32,000 nt of DNA from Candidatus Saccharimonadota bacterium (GCA_965227835.1 OZ245768.1:990001-1022000); one strand, 5' to 3'; positions 1-10,554 are shown, numbered from the stretch's first letter. Notes: generated by a model not told the origin, from the sequence alone. Numbers and translations: made by a program.

Positions 1-1
1 C

Positions 2-481
2 TATCCTATAATTTTACAGAATATTCTTGAAAACAAATGATTTAATTATAAGGTGGTAAATGCATGAGTGAGTTGAGATACATCTAAAAATTTATTGTGA
101 AGAATACATCTTTATGAAGATAACTACGATATAGTACTTATAAATATATGAGGAAATGACTGACTTAGATGATTAAACACAAACGAACTCAAAGAAAATA
201 TTTTAGAAACAATAGACCACTTCCCTAACTCTAAAATTGTTCTTTTTTCTATAGATTTGCCTTACAATTATTGATTGAAATATAGAAATAGTATAAAAAA
301 AGTGTATGAAGATATATCAAAGCAAAGAGACCTGTATTTTTATGGTTTATTTTTTGAATGATTAGATTATAAAAAACACTTTCAAAGTGATGGTATTCAC
401 CTAAATTTAGAAGGAAACAAAGAAGTTTCCGAAAATATATTTAAATATTTATTAAAAAATAAATTAATAAAAAATGATTAA
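2..481 (+). CDS. SGNH/GDSL-family hydrolase (TesA-like esterase/lipase); 5' end lies outside the window
   Basis: Frame 2 with TGA=Gly reads ...VVNAGVSGDTS..., ...VLINIGGNDGLRG..., ...SDGIHLNLEGN..., which are the SGNH blocks. It ends at TAA 479-481 and overlaps the next ATG by 8 nt. Confidence 0.8.
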
Positions 482-1139
482 AATAGAAAAATTATATAAA
501 AAATATTGAGATACAAATATATTTAAATGATTAAATTTGAATGTATGAGTTTGAGAAATCTCTTGTATTATATGACCATCTGGATCTGGGAAATCAACCC
601 TTTTAAATTTAATATCTTGAATAGACAGAGATTTTAGCTGAATTATAAAAATAGACGATGAAGATATTTCTAAAGTAAAAAAAGAAGCAGAGATGACTAG
701 TTTTAGATGAAAAAATATATCTTTTATATTTCAAAACTTCAACTTAGTAGATAATTTAACTGTGGAAGAAAATATAGATATAGTTATAGATATAAATAAA
801 CTAAAAAGAAATTATTCCACTAAAGAAATATTAAAACTGGTTGGGCTTGAAAATAAAATTGGAGAATACCCCTATAATTTAAGTGGTTGAGAAAAACAAA
901 GGGTAGCTATTGCTAGAGCTTTTGTATGAAAATCTAAATTATTACTTGCAGATGAACCTACATGAAGTCTAGATTCTGGAAATACGGATAATATTTGCAA
1001 ATTGATAAAGAAATTAAATAAGCTGACTAAAAATACTATAATCATTATTACTCATGACCCTAAAGTTGCAAAAATAGGTGATGATATATATGTATTGAAA
1101 AATTATTGTTTAAAAAAATGAAATGATAAAGATATTTAA
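474..1139 (+). CDS. ABC transporter ATP-binding protein (YbbA/LolD/FtsE-like)
   Basis: Starts MIKIEKLYKKYG. Walker A is GPSGSGKST with its first Gly encoded by TGA 573-575. Signature motif is LSGGEKQR with TGA 888-890 as Gly. Walker B is LLLADEPTGSLD, and the H-loop is ITHD. Stop is TAA 1137-1139. Confidence 0.9.
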
Positions 1140-3477
1140 AATACTTTTTTTGTCTTCAAAAAAAAGCTTTTTTTTTATAAGTTTTATTATTTTCTCTTCT
1201 TTGTTTTCATTTATATTTACAGGAGGATTAATAAATTCGGCTCAAAAATATTTGGAAGAATCTGCAAAAGATTTTCTCTGAGCAGATATTGTAGTGAGTG
1301 ATAGAAAAGAGTTCTTCTCCGATATAGAATGATATATCTTGAATAAGTATCCTAGTGAAACTTCAAAAAAAATATCATTTGAAACCTCCATTTTTAAAGA
1401 TGATATTCCAGAGCTTTACACTGTTAACTACATAGAAAAAAACTATCCTTTTTATTGAGAGCTAAAAGAAAAAACGGTAAATAGCTCTTGAAGTTTAATT
1501 GTAAGTAAAAAGATTTATGATAATTTTAAAAATGAAGATATAGAAATACTTGGTAGGAATTACAAAATTAAATCTTATTTAGAACAAAGTTTTCTTGCTA
1601 ACTTCAATCCTTTTTGAGGAAATGATATATATATGAGTTATTATGAATTGGATAAAACTCTAGTTGATAAAATAACGAGAGTAAGGTATTCTATGCTTAT
1701 AAAAACAGATTATGTAGATGATTTAAAAAAAGATAAAAAACTAAAAGATTTCAAGCTTAATACTGAAGAAACCTCAAACAGTACCTTAAATGAAACCATA
1801 GAAAGGCTAAATATTTTCATACAAGTTTTTTACCAAATTATAATACTTTTAGCCTTTTTTATAATAAGTGTAAGTCTAAATTCTTATTTCAAAAAAATAA
1901 CTGGAAGTTTAAAAACTCTAAATATTTTATGACTTTCAAATATAAAAATAATTGTGAATCTTTTTTTCATATATTTCTTTGTTTCTCTTATTTCTTCTGC
2001 ATTATCATTTTTACTCGTATATGCTATATTTGAATTAGTTTTTAGTAGGTTTTATGATTTATCTCTAGATTTAAATCTACTATATAGCTGTATTTTTATT
2101 TCTTTTATAATAATATTTTCATGAAGTTTTTTAAATCTGATTAATCTAAAAGCTACATCTATAAATAGTTTCGTGAAAAAAGATTTTTTGAAACAATATA
2201 GGAAATCTATAATTTCATATTTTGTCTCACTTTTTTTAATACTTTTAAGTATTTCTCTTATTTCTGGAGTTAGTATATATTATTCTCTTATAAATAGTTT
2301 TTCTTTTATTTTATCTATATGTTTACTAGCTTTTGTTCTTGATAAGGTATTAAAATTTATATTTAGTTTAAGTAAAGAAAAATTAAAAAGTAGTTTTTAT
2401 ATTTTTGATTCAATTAGGTCTACTATTAAGCCATGAAATATATCGGTTATTATTATATTATCTAGTTTTATATCTTTGAGTGGTTTTTTGGTTTTTTCTA
2501 CTTTTTCAAATGGATTTATAAGTTTTTTGGAGGAAAATAGTTGATGAGATGTAGATACTTTTGTTATAAATTTAGATAAAAAGGATATAGATGTTATTTC
2601 CGATTATTTTGATGATAGTGATTATTATGAGATAATTCGTTCTCGTATATTAGAAATTAACGGGGTTGCTCTTGGAAATTATGTGAAACTGAATGGTTTT
2701 TGATCTAGATTTTCAAGAGAGTTTAACTCTACAACTAAGGATTTATCTGATTTAATAAAAAAGGGTAAGAAGCTAGATAGTTGAAAATTATGAGTGGATG
2801 AGGATTTTGCTTCTGATTTGTGAGTTGGTATTTGAGATAGTGTTAAATTCCTTATTGCTTGAATAGAGAAAGAGTTAGAGATAACTCAAATAAGAGAAGC
2901 TGTAAGAGATGGTGTTTCTCCTTATTTTTATTTTAATTTTTACGAGAAAGATTTTGAAGGGTTTTCTAGAAATTATTTTTTAGCTTATGATTCAAAAGAA
3001 AGGTCTGAAGATTTTAGTCTTTTATTGTCAAAGAGGCTGTGAAAGCAGGTTAGTTTTATAGATGTTTGAGCTATTTTGGAAGAGGTAAGAAAGATATCTT
3101 TGTATATACTTTATTTTGTATATATAATACTTGCCTATATTAGTTTTTTTTCAATAGTGAGTTTTTTGGTTTCTATAAGTTTTTTAAAGTCTTTTAAAGA
3201 TAAAAAGGTAAGAATTTATAATTTGTTTTGAGGAGAAAAAGATAAATTGGAGTTAGCTATATTTTACGAGTATTGTTATTTGATAGTAATTAGTTTTTTA
3301 GCATCTTTAGTTTTTTCTTTTTTTGTTTCTATTATTCTTTTTTCAACGAGTGAAATTTTGAAGTTTGAGGTGTCATATTTTGTAAAATCAGGTTTTTATA
3401 GTCTTGTTTTTATAGTTGTTTATATTTTTATAATTAGGGTTTTTTATTATTTGAAGAGGAGGGATTTTAAATCTTAA
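1123..3477 (+). CDS. FtsX-family ABC transporter permease (YbbP-like, 784 aa)
   Basis: A single frame is open from ATG 1123 to TAA 3475-3477 once TGA=Gly. It joins track ORFs 1633..1932, 2173..2436 and 3247..3477, which all share this frame. Hydrophobic helices alternate with large soluble loops. It overlaps the ATPase gene by 17 nt. Confidence 0.8.
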
Positions 3478-3549
3478 AAAAGTAGAATTTTTAGAAATTT
3501 TTGAAAGATTATATTTTTTATTCAAAATTGATTGAAAGCAAAGAAAATC

Positions 3550-3695
3550 AAGTTTAAAGTTGTTACATATTTCACAATTTTGTTTTGAATATCATACTAT
3601 GTATATTCTATCTTCCCTTTTTTCTAATTCTTATCTTTTGATTTCTCAGTTTTTTGTTTGATATTCAATTCATACTTCTTCCAGAGTTTTTAAAC
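3550..3695 (-). pseudogene. Terminal remnant of a toxin junction segment (third, truncated cassette)
   Basis: The minus strand reads TLEEVGIEYQTKNGEIKR*, then ...LEKREDRIYIVGYSKQNCEICNNFK.... This is homologous to 8209-8370, 13101-13262 and (at protein level) 20383-20545. It carries an in-frame TAA and loses homology near 3550. Confidence 0.5.
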
Positions 3696-3698
3696 TCT

Positions 3699-4271
3699 TT
3701 ATTTTTCAAATATAAATCTAGGATTTCTTTGTAAATCTAATAGAATTTCTTGTTGTTCTTTTGGGAGATTTTTTAATTCATTTAATGAATAAAAATTCAT
3801 TGTATCTTGTGTCAAAATTCAAAATTGTTTTAGATCTTCAAAGGTTTCGGGGGTGTTAATATACTTTTCTCAAAATATACTATAAATAGTAGGGTAGTCT
3901 TTTCATCTATGTAATTTATTATAATCAATATTAATATAGTATTCACTATACATATATATGTATATATATATCCCTTTCTCAATTATTCATCTTAATTCAA
4001 AATTAAGACATTTCCTATTATTTACATTGCAAAGAGTGTTTATCTCCCAAGTATCTCCTCAAAATACTGGTCATGATGTTTGTTTTCCTATATGATATTT
4101 TCATATTTTTGAATACAAAGTTTCTATATACATATTATTTTCTAATTCCTCATAATACATATCTTCTTGAAAAGATATATAATGATATCAAATAAAGGCC
4201 AATAGAAAAAAAGACAATATTATACCTACAAGTAATTTCTCCTTAAAATAAGTTAATCTGTTTTTATGCAT
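3699..4271 (-). CDS. Hypothetical single-pass membrane protein (190 aa), cassette A; paralog of 8974..9588
   Basis: ATG at 4271. Starts MHKNRLTYFKEKLLVGIILSFFLLAFIGYHY (N-terminal TM helix) and ends ...TPETFEDLKQFGILTQDTMNFYSLNELKNLPKEQQEILLDLQRNPRFIFEK*. Length is a multiple of 3. The C-terminus is conserved with the paralog and the N-terminus and middle are divergent. Confidence 0.55.
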
Positions 4272-4282
4272 AGATTTTTTTA

Positions 4283-4918
4283 TTAATAAATTTTATATAA
4301 AATCTTTGATTTCCAATTATATATTTTTCATAATCATTTATCTTGATAATAACTAGCCCAAGAATTAAGAATATTTACTTGAAATCATCTATCATAAGTT
4401 GGAACAAAATCATAAATATCACTTATTTCCATATATAAATAAAATCCGTCCCCATAATGAATAGTACCGAAGTTCCATTCAATTTTTCAAAAACTATACT
4501 TAAAATCTTTATTTCTTGTATCATCATTAGTATCTTTTATTATATACATGTCTTCTTTGTGTTCTTGACCATCATAATTAGAGCTTTTATCTATTTCATA
4601 TTTTCATCACATTTCTAAATTTATATATTCTTCTTTTTTTGAAATTGCTTGTTCTAATTTTTCTTGAAACCAACTAGTCTTTTTCACTTCTTCAGTTATC
4701 CAATGGTTGTTTCAATATAATTTATCAGTTCAGTCTCAATGCATAAATTCTTCTAACATATGGGAAGATATTTTGTATCATAAAAGTGGTCAATAAAGCC
4801 ATATAGCATTTAATATCAATCATACTGATGTATCTTCTACTTCTCTCCAATATTTATTTCAAGCTATTTTTATATCTCAACTATCATTAGCTAATCAAAT
4901 ATTATTATTATAAATTTT
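4283..4918 (-). CDS. Hypothetical protein, stop-to-stop open frame with no ATG near its 5' end; paralog of 9592..10206
   Basis: Reads KIYNNNIGLANDSGDIKIAGNKYWREV...HGDGTDKLYGNNHWITEEVKKTSWF...YDFVPTYDRGFQVNILNSWASYYQDKGLGKIYNWKSKILYKIY*. The first ~21 codons are identical to the paralog and the rest is divergent. The initiation codon is unresolved. Confidence 0.4.
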
Positions 4919-5178
4919 TTAGATTGTTACTATTTATCTAGCTTAAAGATATACTCAAAAATAGCTAGAATGAATATCATAAATGTAAAATAAAAGAAAT
5001 TAACATGAAATATACATATCCATAAATAATTCCCATGTAAATAATAAAAATATGATTAATTTTCTAATTTTCATTTTAAAGTAATTATTTAATTAGCTCC
5101 TTTATTTCTATAGTAAAATTATAAGTTTCTCCATCCAATTCAGTTTCATGGTAATATCACATTGAATTTAATGATTCA

Positions 5179-5796
5179 GTAAATATCTACCAGTAGAACT
5201 GGTAGCTTTAAATGGAAGCCCCTAGAAGGGGCTAAAATAGTTTTTACCAGTTTAAATCTAACTGATTTCCATCAATGGTTTTATCCTTATGTTGCTGATG
5301 TTGAACATAATTTTTTATCATATCCAAGTCAAGTCAAACTGTACTTACATAGTATCATCTACTCCAGAAATTCTTCGAGTACAGTCATTTCTTCTTACTA
5401 TGTTTGTTATGAAGTATTATTGCACTCTTTCATTTCAATCTTCACAGAATTTCTGCAACAGAGTATTTTGGAGATATCCTCAAAACGAGATGAACATGAT
5501 CTATCGTTATATTTCATTTTAATATCTCAAAATCATATCTCTTTGCAAGTTCATGAAATGTGTCTCGTATATCTTTTCTAACTGATTGAAAAAGTATTTT
5601 TTTTCGGTACTTTGGTACCACCACTATGTGGTAAGTGCAGTCCCAATTCACATGGGACTGCTTTGCGTATTTGTGGGACATATCTTTAAAAAGTTATTCC
5701 CCTCCTAGGTGCTTCCTAGAAGATTATACACAACTACCGGAACGGTAAAACCTCCACTACTCGCACCAGCAGAGCTGGTGGTTTAGTGTTGGATTA
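5179..5796 (-). mobile_element. IS200/IS605-family insertion sequence (618 bp)
   Basis: It is absent from the otherwise identical copy, where the empty site is atgattca|attatc at 10688/10689. There is no target-site duplication. Subterminal hairpins are present: agcccctagaaggggct (~5217-5233), ccagtagaactgg (~5190-5202) and caccagcagagctggtg (~5765-5781). It encodes a Y1 transposase. Confidence 0.85.
5244..5681 (-). CDS. tnpA: IS200-type Y1 (HUH) transposase TnpA, 145 aa
   Basis: Reads MSHKYAKQSHVNWDCTYHIVVVPKYRKKILFQSVRKDIRDTFHELAKRYDFEILKGNITIDHVHLVLRISPKYSVAEILGRLKGKSAIIL...FWSRGYYVSTVGLDLDMIKNYVQHQ.... It has the HxH and RGYY motifs. Four TGA codons fall on conserved Gly positions. Track ORF 5289..5522(+) is its antisense shadow. 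Confidence 0.9.
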
Positions 5797-5969
5797 ATTA
5801 TCTTTCTATAGTCTATGATGTTATTTGAATATTCAGCTTCTTTTGGAAAGTTATATAAATCTGATAATCTTAATACGCTATATAGTTTTCAGTCTTCAGA
5901 TTTATATAGATATCTTTGAACCCATATATTGTGTATTGAAAAAAACAAATCAAATTCAAATTCTGATAA

Positions 5970-6228
5970 TTAGAAACTCATACTTTCTTTGATTTTTTCT
6001 CACTTTTCATTCAACTTATAATCCGTAATATCAATCTTCTCTCCTTTTTTAATATTATAATTCTTATATTCTTCTAGTATACTATTTCTTTTATTTTCAT
6101 ATTCTTCTTTTAGATCATATAGTTCTTTTTTTATTCTTTTTCTTTTTCATCGTATTTTTTCCATTTCCGTATCAATTTGACTTGACTCAAAGATTCTGTG
6201 TATCTCGTTGAGTTTATTTGTATTGTTT
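5970..6228 (-). pseudogene. Nested remnant of a toxin linker plus a short alternative C-terminus (copy A)
   Basis: Reads NSTRYTESLSQVKLIRKWKKYDEKEKE*KKELYDLKEEYENKRNSILEEYKNYNIKKGEKIDITDYKLNEKGEKIKESMSF*. The first half is near-identical DNA to the linker inside 7101..8384 (INSTGYTEFLSQVKLIRKWKKYDEKEKELKKELYDLKEEY), with a TTA>TAA nonsense change. Confidence 0.45.
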
Positions 6229-7095
6229 ATATATATCTTCAGTCTCTTTTTCCCATTTCTCTATTCAATCTCTCCGGTCTCTTAACATCTCATAAAAATT
6301 ATCAAAATCTATCTTTATATCTTCTTTGTATAATCATATTACCCATATAAAATCTAAATGTTTCTTTGAAACTTTAAATCTTATCATACCTATATAAAAT
6401 TCAACTACATTTTTATCTCATTCTTTTACATCCTCTAATAATGAAATTATTTCTTGTATGTATAATAGGGATATGTCTTTCATATTTGTTACTATTTCAC
6501 AATAAAAACCTGTATGTGGATCCATTATATAACTGTCATTCTGCATACTATGAGATTTAAAGCCTAAATCTGGTTTTTGATTTTCATAATGAACTATTGC
6601 ATAGTCAATATGAAATATTTCAGGGGGTATCCATATATCTCCATCATATGATTCATTATATATAGATCTCTTACAAAAAGGTCATCCTTTTGTCTTTCAT
6701 GTCTCTTTTTCCCAAGCGTCTATATAGTCACTCCAATCTCTCATCATATGTAAAATATCTTCTATTTTTAAGTCTGTTACTATATAATCATCTGCATAAT
6801 TGTATGTAATAGTTACCTCAGAGTTAGGGTACTTTTCTCCATAATATCATTTTCATTTTTGATAACACCAAATTAATGTAGTTTCAAATCAAAATATAAA
6901 CTTCTCTCTCCTTCATTGACTCACTTCTTCAAGTTTACTTACTATCTCTCGAATGTCATATGATCATAGCTGGTTTAGTTCTGTATTTAATAAATAGGGA
7001 TCGTTACTTTCTTTCTCTTTTCAAATTCAATCTACCTTAATTTGAATAAATGGATTAACATTTGTTACAAAATAGTATTCAATTTTATTTAACAT
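6214..7095 (-). CDS. Putative cognate immunity protein of the EndoU-like orphan toxin (copy A, 293 aa)
   Basis: ATG at 7095, 5 nt after the toxin stop. Starts MLNKIEYYFVTNVNPFIQIKVDGIGKEK and ends ...DFDNFYEMLRDRRDGIEKWEKETEDIYKQYK*. No signal peptide. The immunity role is inferred from position only. Confidence 0.55.
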
Positions 7096-7100
7096 AATTT

Positions 7101-8384
7101 TTAATCAATAATAGGATAAAAAGTTCTTAATTCTTTTGTTCTCTCTATATATACAAACTCAATATTTATTCCATCAACTGTTGATGGTCACTTAAATATA
7201 TTTAAACCTAGTCAGGTAGCATTTGGGTCTGCTAATCCCTTATTATTTTCTATTGCATAAGTTACTTCATCTATAATCTTTTGCTTACTCCAGCTATCTG
7301 GGAAAAACGAAGAATTTCATACAGGTTTTCATCATTTTTTTGTTAAAGTATTATTATTTCCATAATCTATAACTACTTTTGCACTGTAAGGTTCATTCCA
7401 AGTATCAATTGATTTGTCTATATCTTCTAATTTAGCTACTCATTGTTGATTACTTTTGTTATAATGAGTTATTGCCTTTTGAGAATGAACTCAGTTGAAA
7501 GTTCAGTCTGACTTAAACTTAATCTCTACAATATGATCTATCTTTCATTCTACTTTCTTCCTTACATCTTTCACATATTTTACTCATTTGAATGATTTTT
7601 GTATAAGTGATTGTTCTCTTACTTTCTTCAAAAAATTCTCCAAACTCAATTTATCTTTCAATCTAACTATATCTTCTATATCGTCTAGCTTATATTCCTT
7701 AGCAACCTCTTTTGCTACTTCAAATATCTCTTCAATCTTCATTCATAGCTCTTTTCATAATTTCTCTAGAGATTTATTTAATAATTCTCTTGCTCATGAT
7801 CAACTTCATGCACCACTTGCTAATCATATTATTGTTAGAGTCTTTCAGAGTGTTCATAATTCATCACCTGTTATTGGATCTTTTCAGATAACTAGTGTTA
7901 ATATATCATATCACTCTCATACAATTGGGATTAGTGATACTATTATACTTGTTGTATTTCAATATTCTTCTTTTAGATCATATAGTTCTTTTTTTAATTC
8001 TTTTTCTTTCTCATCGTATTTTTTCCATTTCCGTATAAGTTTGACTTGACTCAAAAATTCTGTGTATCCTGTTGAGTTTATTTGTATTGTTTCTTGTTTT
8101 GTTGGTTGTTCTTTTGTTTTTGATTCAATGTTTGCTATGGATGTATTATCATATCTTGCTATTAATCTTTCTTTGTAATAGGTGATTTTGTTATTTCTTT
8201 TTATGTAGGGTTTAAAATTATTACATATTTCACAATTTTGTTTTGAATATCATACTATATATATTCCATCTTCCCTTTTTTCTAGTTTTTGTCTTTTAAT
8301 TTCTCAGTTTTTTGTTTGGTATTCAACTCACACTTCTTCCAGGGTTTCTGGGTCTGTGTTTATTTTGAATTTAAACTGGATTTT
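7101..8384 (-). CDS. Orphan toxin module A: junction segment, PT-TG-like domain and EndoU-like nuclease; no start codon
   Basis: A stop-to-stop frame of 427 codons. Junction segment: ...NTDPETLEEVGVEYQTKNGEIKRQKLEKREDGIYIVGYSKQNCEICNNFKPY.... Pre-toxin TG-like: ...SLIPIVGEGYDILTLVIGKDPITGDELGTLGKTLTIIGLASGAGSGSG.... Bacterial EndoU pattern: ...DHIVEIKFKSDGTFNGVHS...SSFFPDSWSKQKIIDEVTYAIENNKG...GPSTVDGINIEFVYIERTKELRTFYPIID*. The first in-frame ATG lies deep inside. Confidence 0.7.
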
Positions 8385-8776
8385 TTATAATCAAAATATC
8401 TTTTCATATAAAAAAATAATATTAGTGTGTGAATAATTGTTAATCAAATATAATAATAAAAATAATAATATGTTGTTGTATTTGGATGGTAGTTTAAATC
8501 AGACCAAACATCACTTATCAATAAAAAATAAAATATGTAATTAAAATATAAAGATATTTTAATTAAATATTTTTTATAAAAATATGTAATTAAAATATAA
8601 ACTATAAATACTATGGTAGTTTTTATTAATAGTGAAAATTCCATCATATCATATGATCTATAATAACTATAATCATTATCAAAATTATGCATTAACATAA
8701 GTATATAATAAATATTTAAACATAAATAACATATATATATAGAAATATTTAATATAATCTTTACAATTTTATTCAT
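8360..8776 (-). CDS. Hypothetical multi-pass membrane protein (138 aa)
   Basis: Track ORF 8444..8776 extends through TGA to TAA 8360-8362. Starts MNKIVKIILNISIYICYLCLNIYYILML and ends ...YYYIGLTIIHTLILFFYMKRYFDYKKSSLNSK*. Very hydrophobic and Tyr-rich. It occurs only between cassettes B and A. Confidence 0.5.
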
Positions 8777-8984
8777 ATATTTTATTTAATATATAATTAT
8801 AATTTTTAAAATATTTATAATATCCGCTTACTCTTTTTCAATATTTGATAGCTTTTTCGTCACATTCTCATCATTTTTTTACACAAGAAGGTCACCCATT
8901 CCAAGCTTTTCATATATTTTCTGCCGTTATTTCTTTTCACTCTTCTAATATTTTTCCCTTTATTACATTGATCCTATAATTCAT
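8769..8984 (-). CDS. Small hypothetical protein (71 aa)
   Basis: ATG at 8984. Reads MNYRINVIKGKILEEGKEITAENIGKAWNGGPSCVKKGGECDEKAIKYGKRVSGYYKYFKNYNYILNKIYE*. It overlaps both neighbours by a few nt and has no recognisable family. Confidence 0.35.
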
Positions 8985-9588
8985 TATCTTCAAATATAAA
9001 TCTAGGACTTTTTTTTAAATCTAATAGAATTTCTTGTTGTTCTTTTGGGAGATTTTTTAATTCATTTAGTGAATAAAAATTCATTATATCTTGTGTCAAA
9101 ATTCAAAATTGTTTTAGGTCTTCAAAGGTTTCGGGAGTGTTATATTTTTTTCACATAATATAATAAAATCAAGCATAGTAGATTCTTGAATTTTTAGACA
9201 TAGAAAAAAATTCTTCTCATACTGAAATTGTATTATAATCTAAATTGAAATAATATTCATCATATATATATATATATATATAATCTCCTTTATTAAAGGC
9301 TCATTTTAAATGCCAAGATAAGCACTTTCTATTTTCAGAGTTACATATAGAGTTATAACGTTCAACAGGATCAAGTCAAAATCATGGAATAATTCTTTCT
9401 CATATATGATATTTTCATATTTTTGAATATAATGTATCTATGTACATATTCTTTTCTAATTCTCGGTAATATTGTTCATCTTTATGTGATATATAATAAT
9501 ATCAAGCCAATAAAAATAAGGAAAATAAACATATTAATATTACAAATAATCTATTTAGCATTAAAGTAATTTTATTTATATCAAACAT
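8974..9588 (-). CDS. Hypothetical single-pass membrane protein (204 aa), cassette B; paralog of 3699..4271
   Basis: ATG at 9588. Starts MFDINKITLMLNRLFVILICLFSLFLLAGYYY (TM helix), continues ...GDYIYIYIYDEYYF... and ends ...TPETFEDLKQFGILTQDIMNFYSLNELKNLPKEQQEILLDLKKSPRFIFEDNEL*. Length is a multiple of 3. Confidence 0.55.
9262..9282. repeat. (AT)10 microsatellite inside a coding region
   Basis: A 21-nt perfect AT/TA run that encodes YIYIYIY in 8974..9588. The paralogous site at about 3950-3975 has an interrupted version. Confidence 0.8.
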
Positions 9589-9591
9589 ATT

Positions 9592-10206
9592 TTAATAAAT
9601 TTTTTCTAAAATTTCTAAATTCCAAAAATATGTTTTTCAATATCATATTTCTTCATAATAGCTTCACCATGAATTTAAAATATCTTTTAATAATCATTTA
9701 TATCATTGATTAGGACTATATGTAGGTATAAAATCATATTTATCTGTGATAAAAATTTTCATATAAACTCAACTATCATCAACAACTGGTTCCATAGTCC
9801 AAGTAACATGTCAAAATGAAAAATATAAGTCCCAATTTCTAGTAGAGTTTTCTGAGTCCTCAATTAAAACTCATTTTTCTATTTCATCTCAATTAAAGGA
9901 ATTATTTTTATAGAAATTTTCAAACTCTTGTTCTCTAATATTATACCAACTAGTTTTCTTAACTTCTTTTGTAATCCAGTGATAATTTCAATATTCTAAC
10001 TTACTACCATCTCAATATATGAACTTTGCAAGCATAGCTGACGATATTTTTAAATTCAATCATTTTCAAGCTATTCATACCAAATTTAACATTATGGTAG
10101 CTGAAACTTTTTTATGTGACTGGTCTAAATAATACCAATAACTATTTCAAGCTATTTTTATATCTCAACTATCATTAGCTAATCAAATATTATTATTATA
10201 AATTTT
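9592..10206 (-). CDS. Hypothetical protein, open frame with no ATG near its 5' end; paralog of 4283..4918
   Basis: Reads KIYNNNIGLANDSGDIKIAGNSYWYYLDQSHKK...YGDGSKLEYGNYHWITKEVKKTSWYN...YDFIPTYSPNQGYKGLLKDILNSWGSYYEEIGYGKTYFWNLEILEKIY*. The stop lies 3 nt before the next ATG. Confidence 0.4.
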
Positions 10207-10338
10207 TTAGATTGTTACTATTTATCTAGCTTAAAGATATACTCAAAAATAGCTAGAATGAATATCATAAATGTAAAATAAAAGAAATTAACATGAAATA
10301 TACATATCCATAAATAATTCCCATGTAAATAATAAAAA

Positions 10339-10554
10339 CTTAAATCTACCCAGTTTTTTGTATTTTATAGTTTATTTTTTACCTTTATATAAGTAAAAAC
10401 AGAGATTTTATATTGATTGAATTTTATAAAGATAAAGTTAGCTTAAATAAGTCATTTATAAAATACTAAAGATAAAACACTAAAAATAGCTTAATTTCCC
10501 TTTATTTAAAGTAAAATATAGGTATACTTTTTATAAAAAGTGGGTAGTTTTGAG
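10339..10554. mobile_element. MITE-like non-autonomous insertion (216 bp)
   Basis: It is absent from the identical copy, where the empty site is aataataaaaatatgatt at ~5041-5058. Imperfect terminal inverted repeats are cttaaatctaccca and tgggtagttttgag. It is flanked by a direct taaaaa at 10333-10338 and 10555-10560. It contains no ORF. Confidence 0.6.

Noticed and set aside
4919-5090. A signal-peptide-like ORF (MKIRKLIIFLLFTWELFMDMYISC) in the same frame as 4283..4918, as a possible true 5' end of that gene.
   Set aside because: Four in-frame TAA codons separate them, and TAA functions as a stop everywhere else in the window. I treat this as a possible pseudogenised 5' region or a coincidence, not a continuous CDS.
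5289-5522. Plus-strand ORF 5289..5522 inside the insertion sequence.
   Set aside because: It is antisense to the IS200 TnpA frame, which carries the HxH and RGYY motifs. IS200 elements encode only tnpA.
7588-8049. Plus-strand track ORFs of 84-153 aa at 7588..8049, 12480..12941, 13248..13502, 13671..13964, 20992..21282, 21703..21906 and 24781..25008.
   Set aside because: They lie antisense to long minus-strand frames that show clear family motifs with TGA=Gly. Their products are low-complexity Ser/Phe/Ile strings, typical of the reverse strand of Glu/Lys-rich genes. The duplicates simply mirror the DNA repeats.
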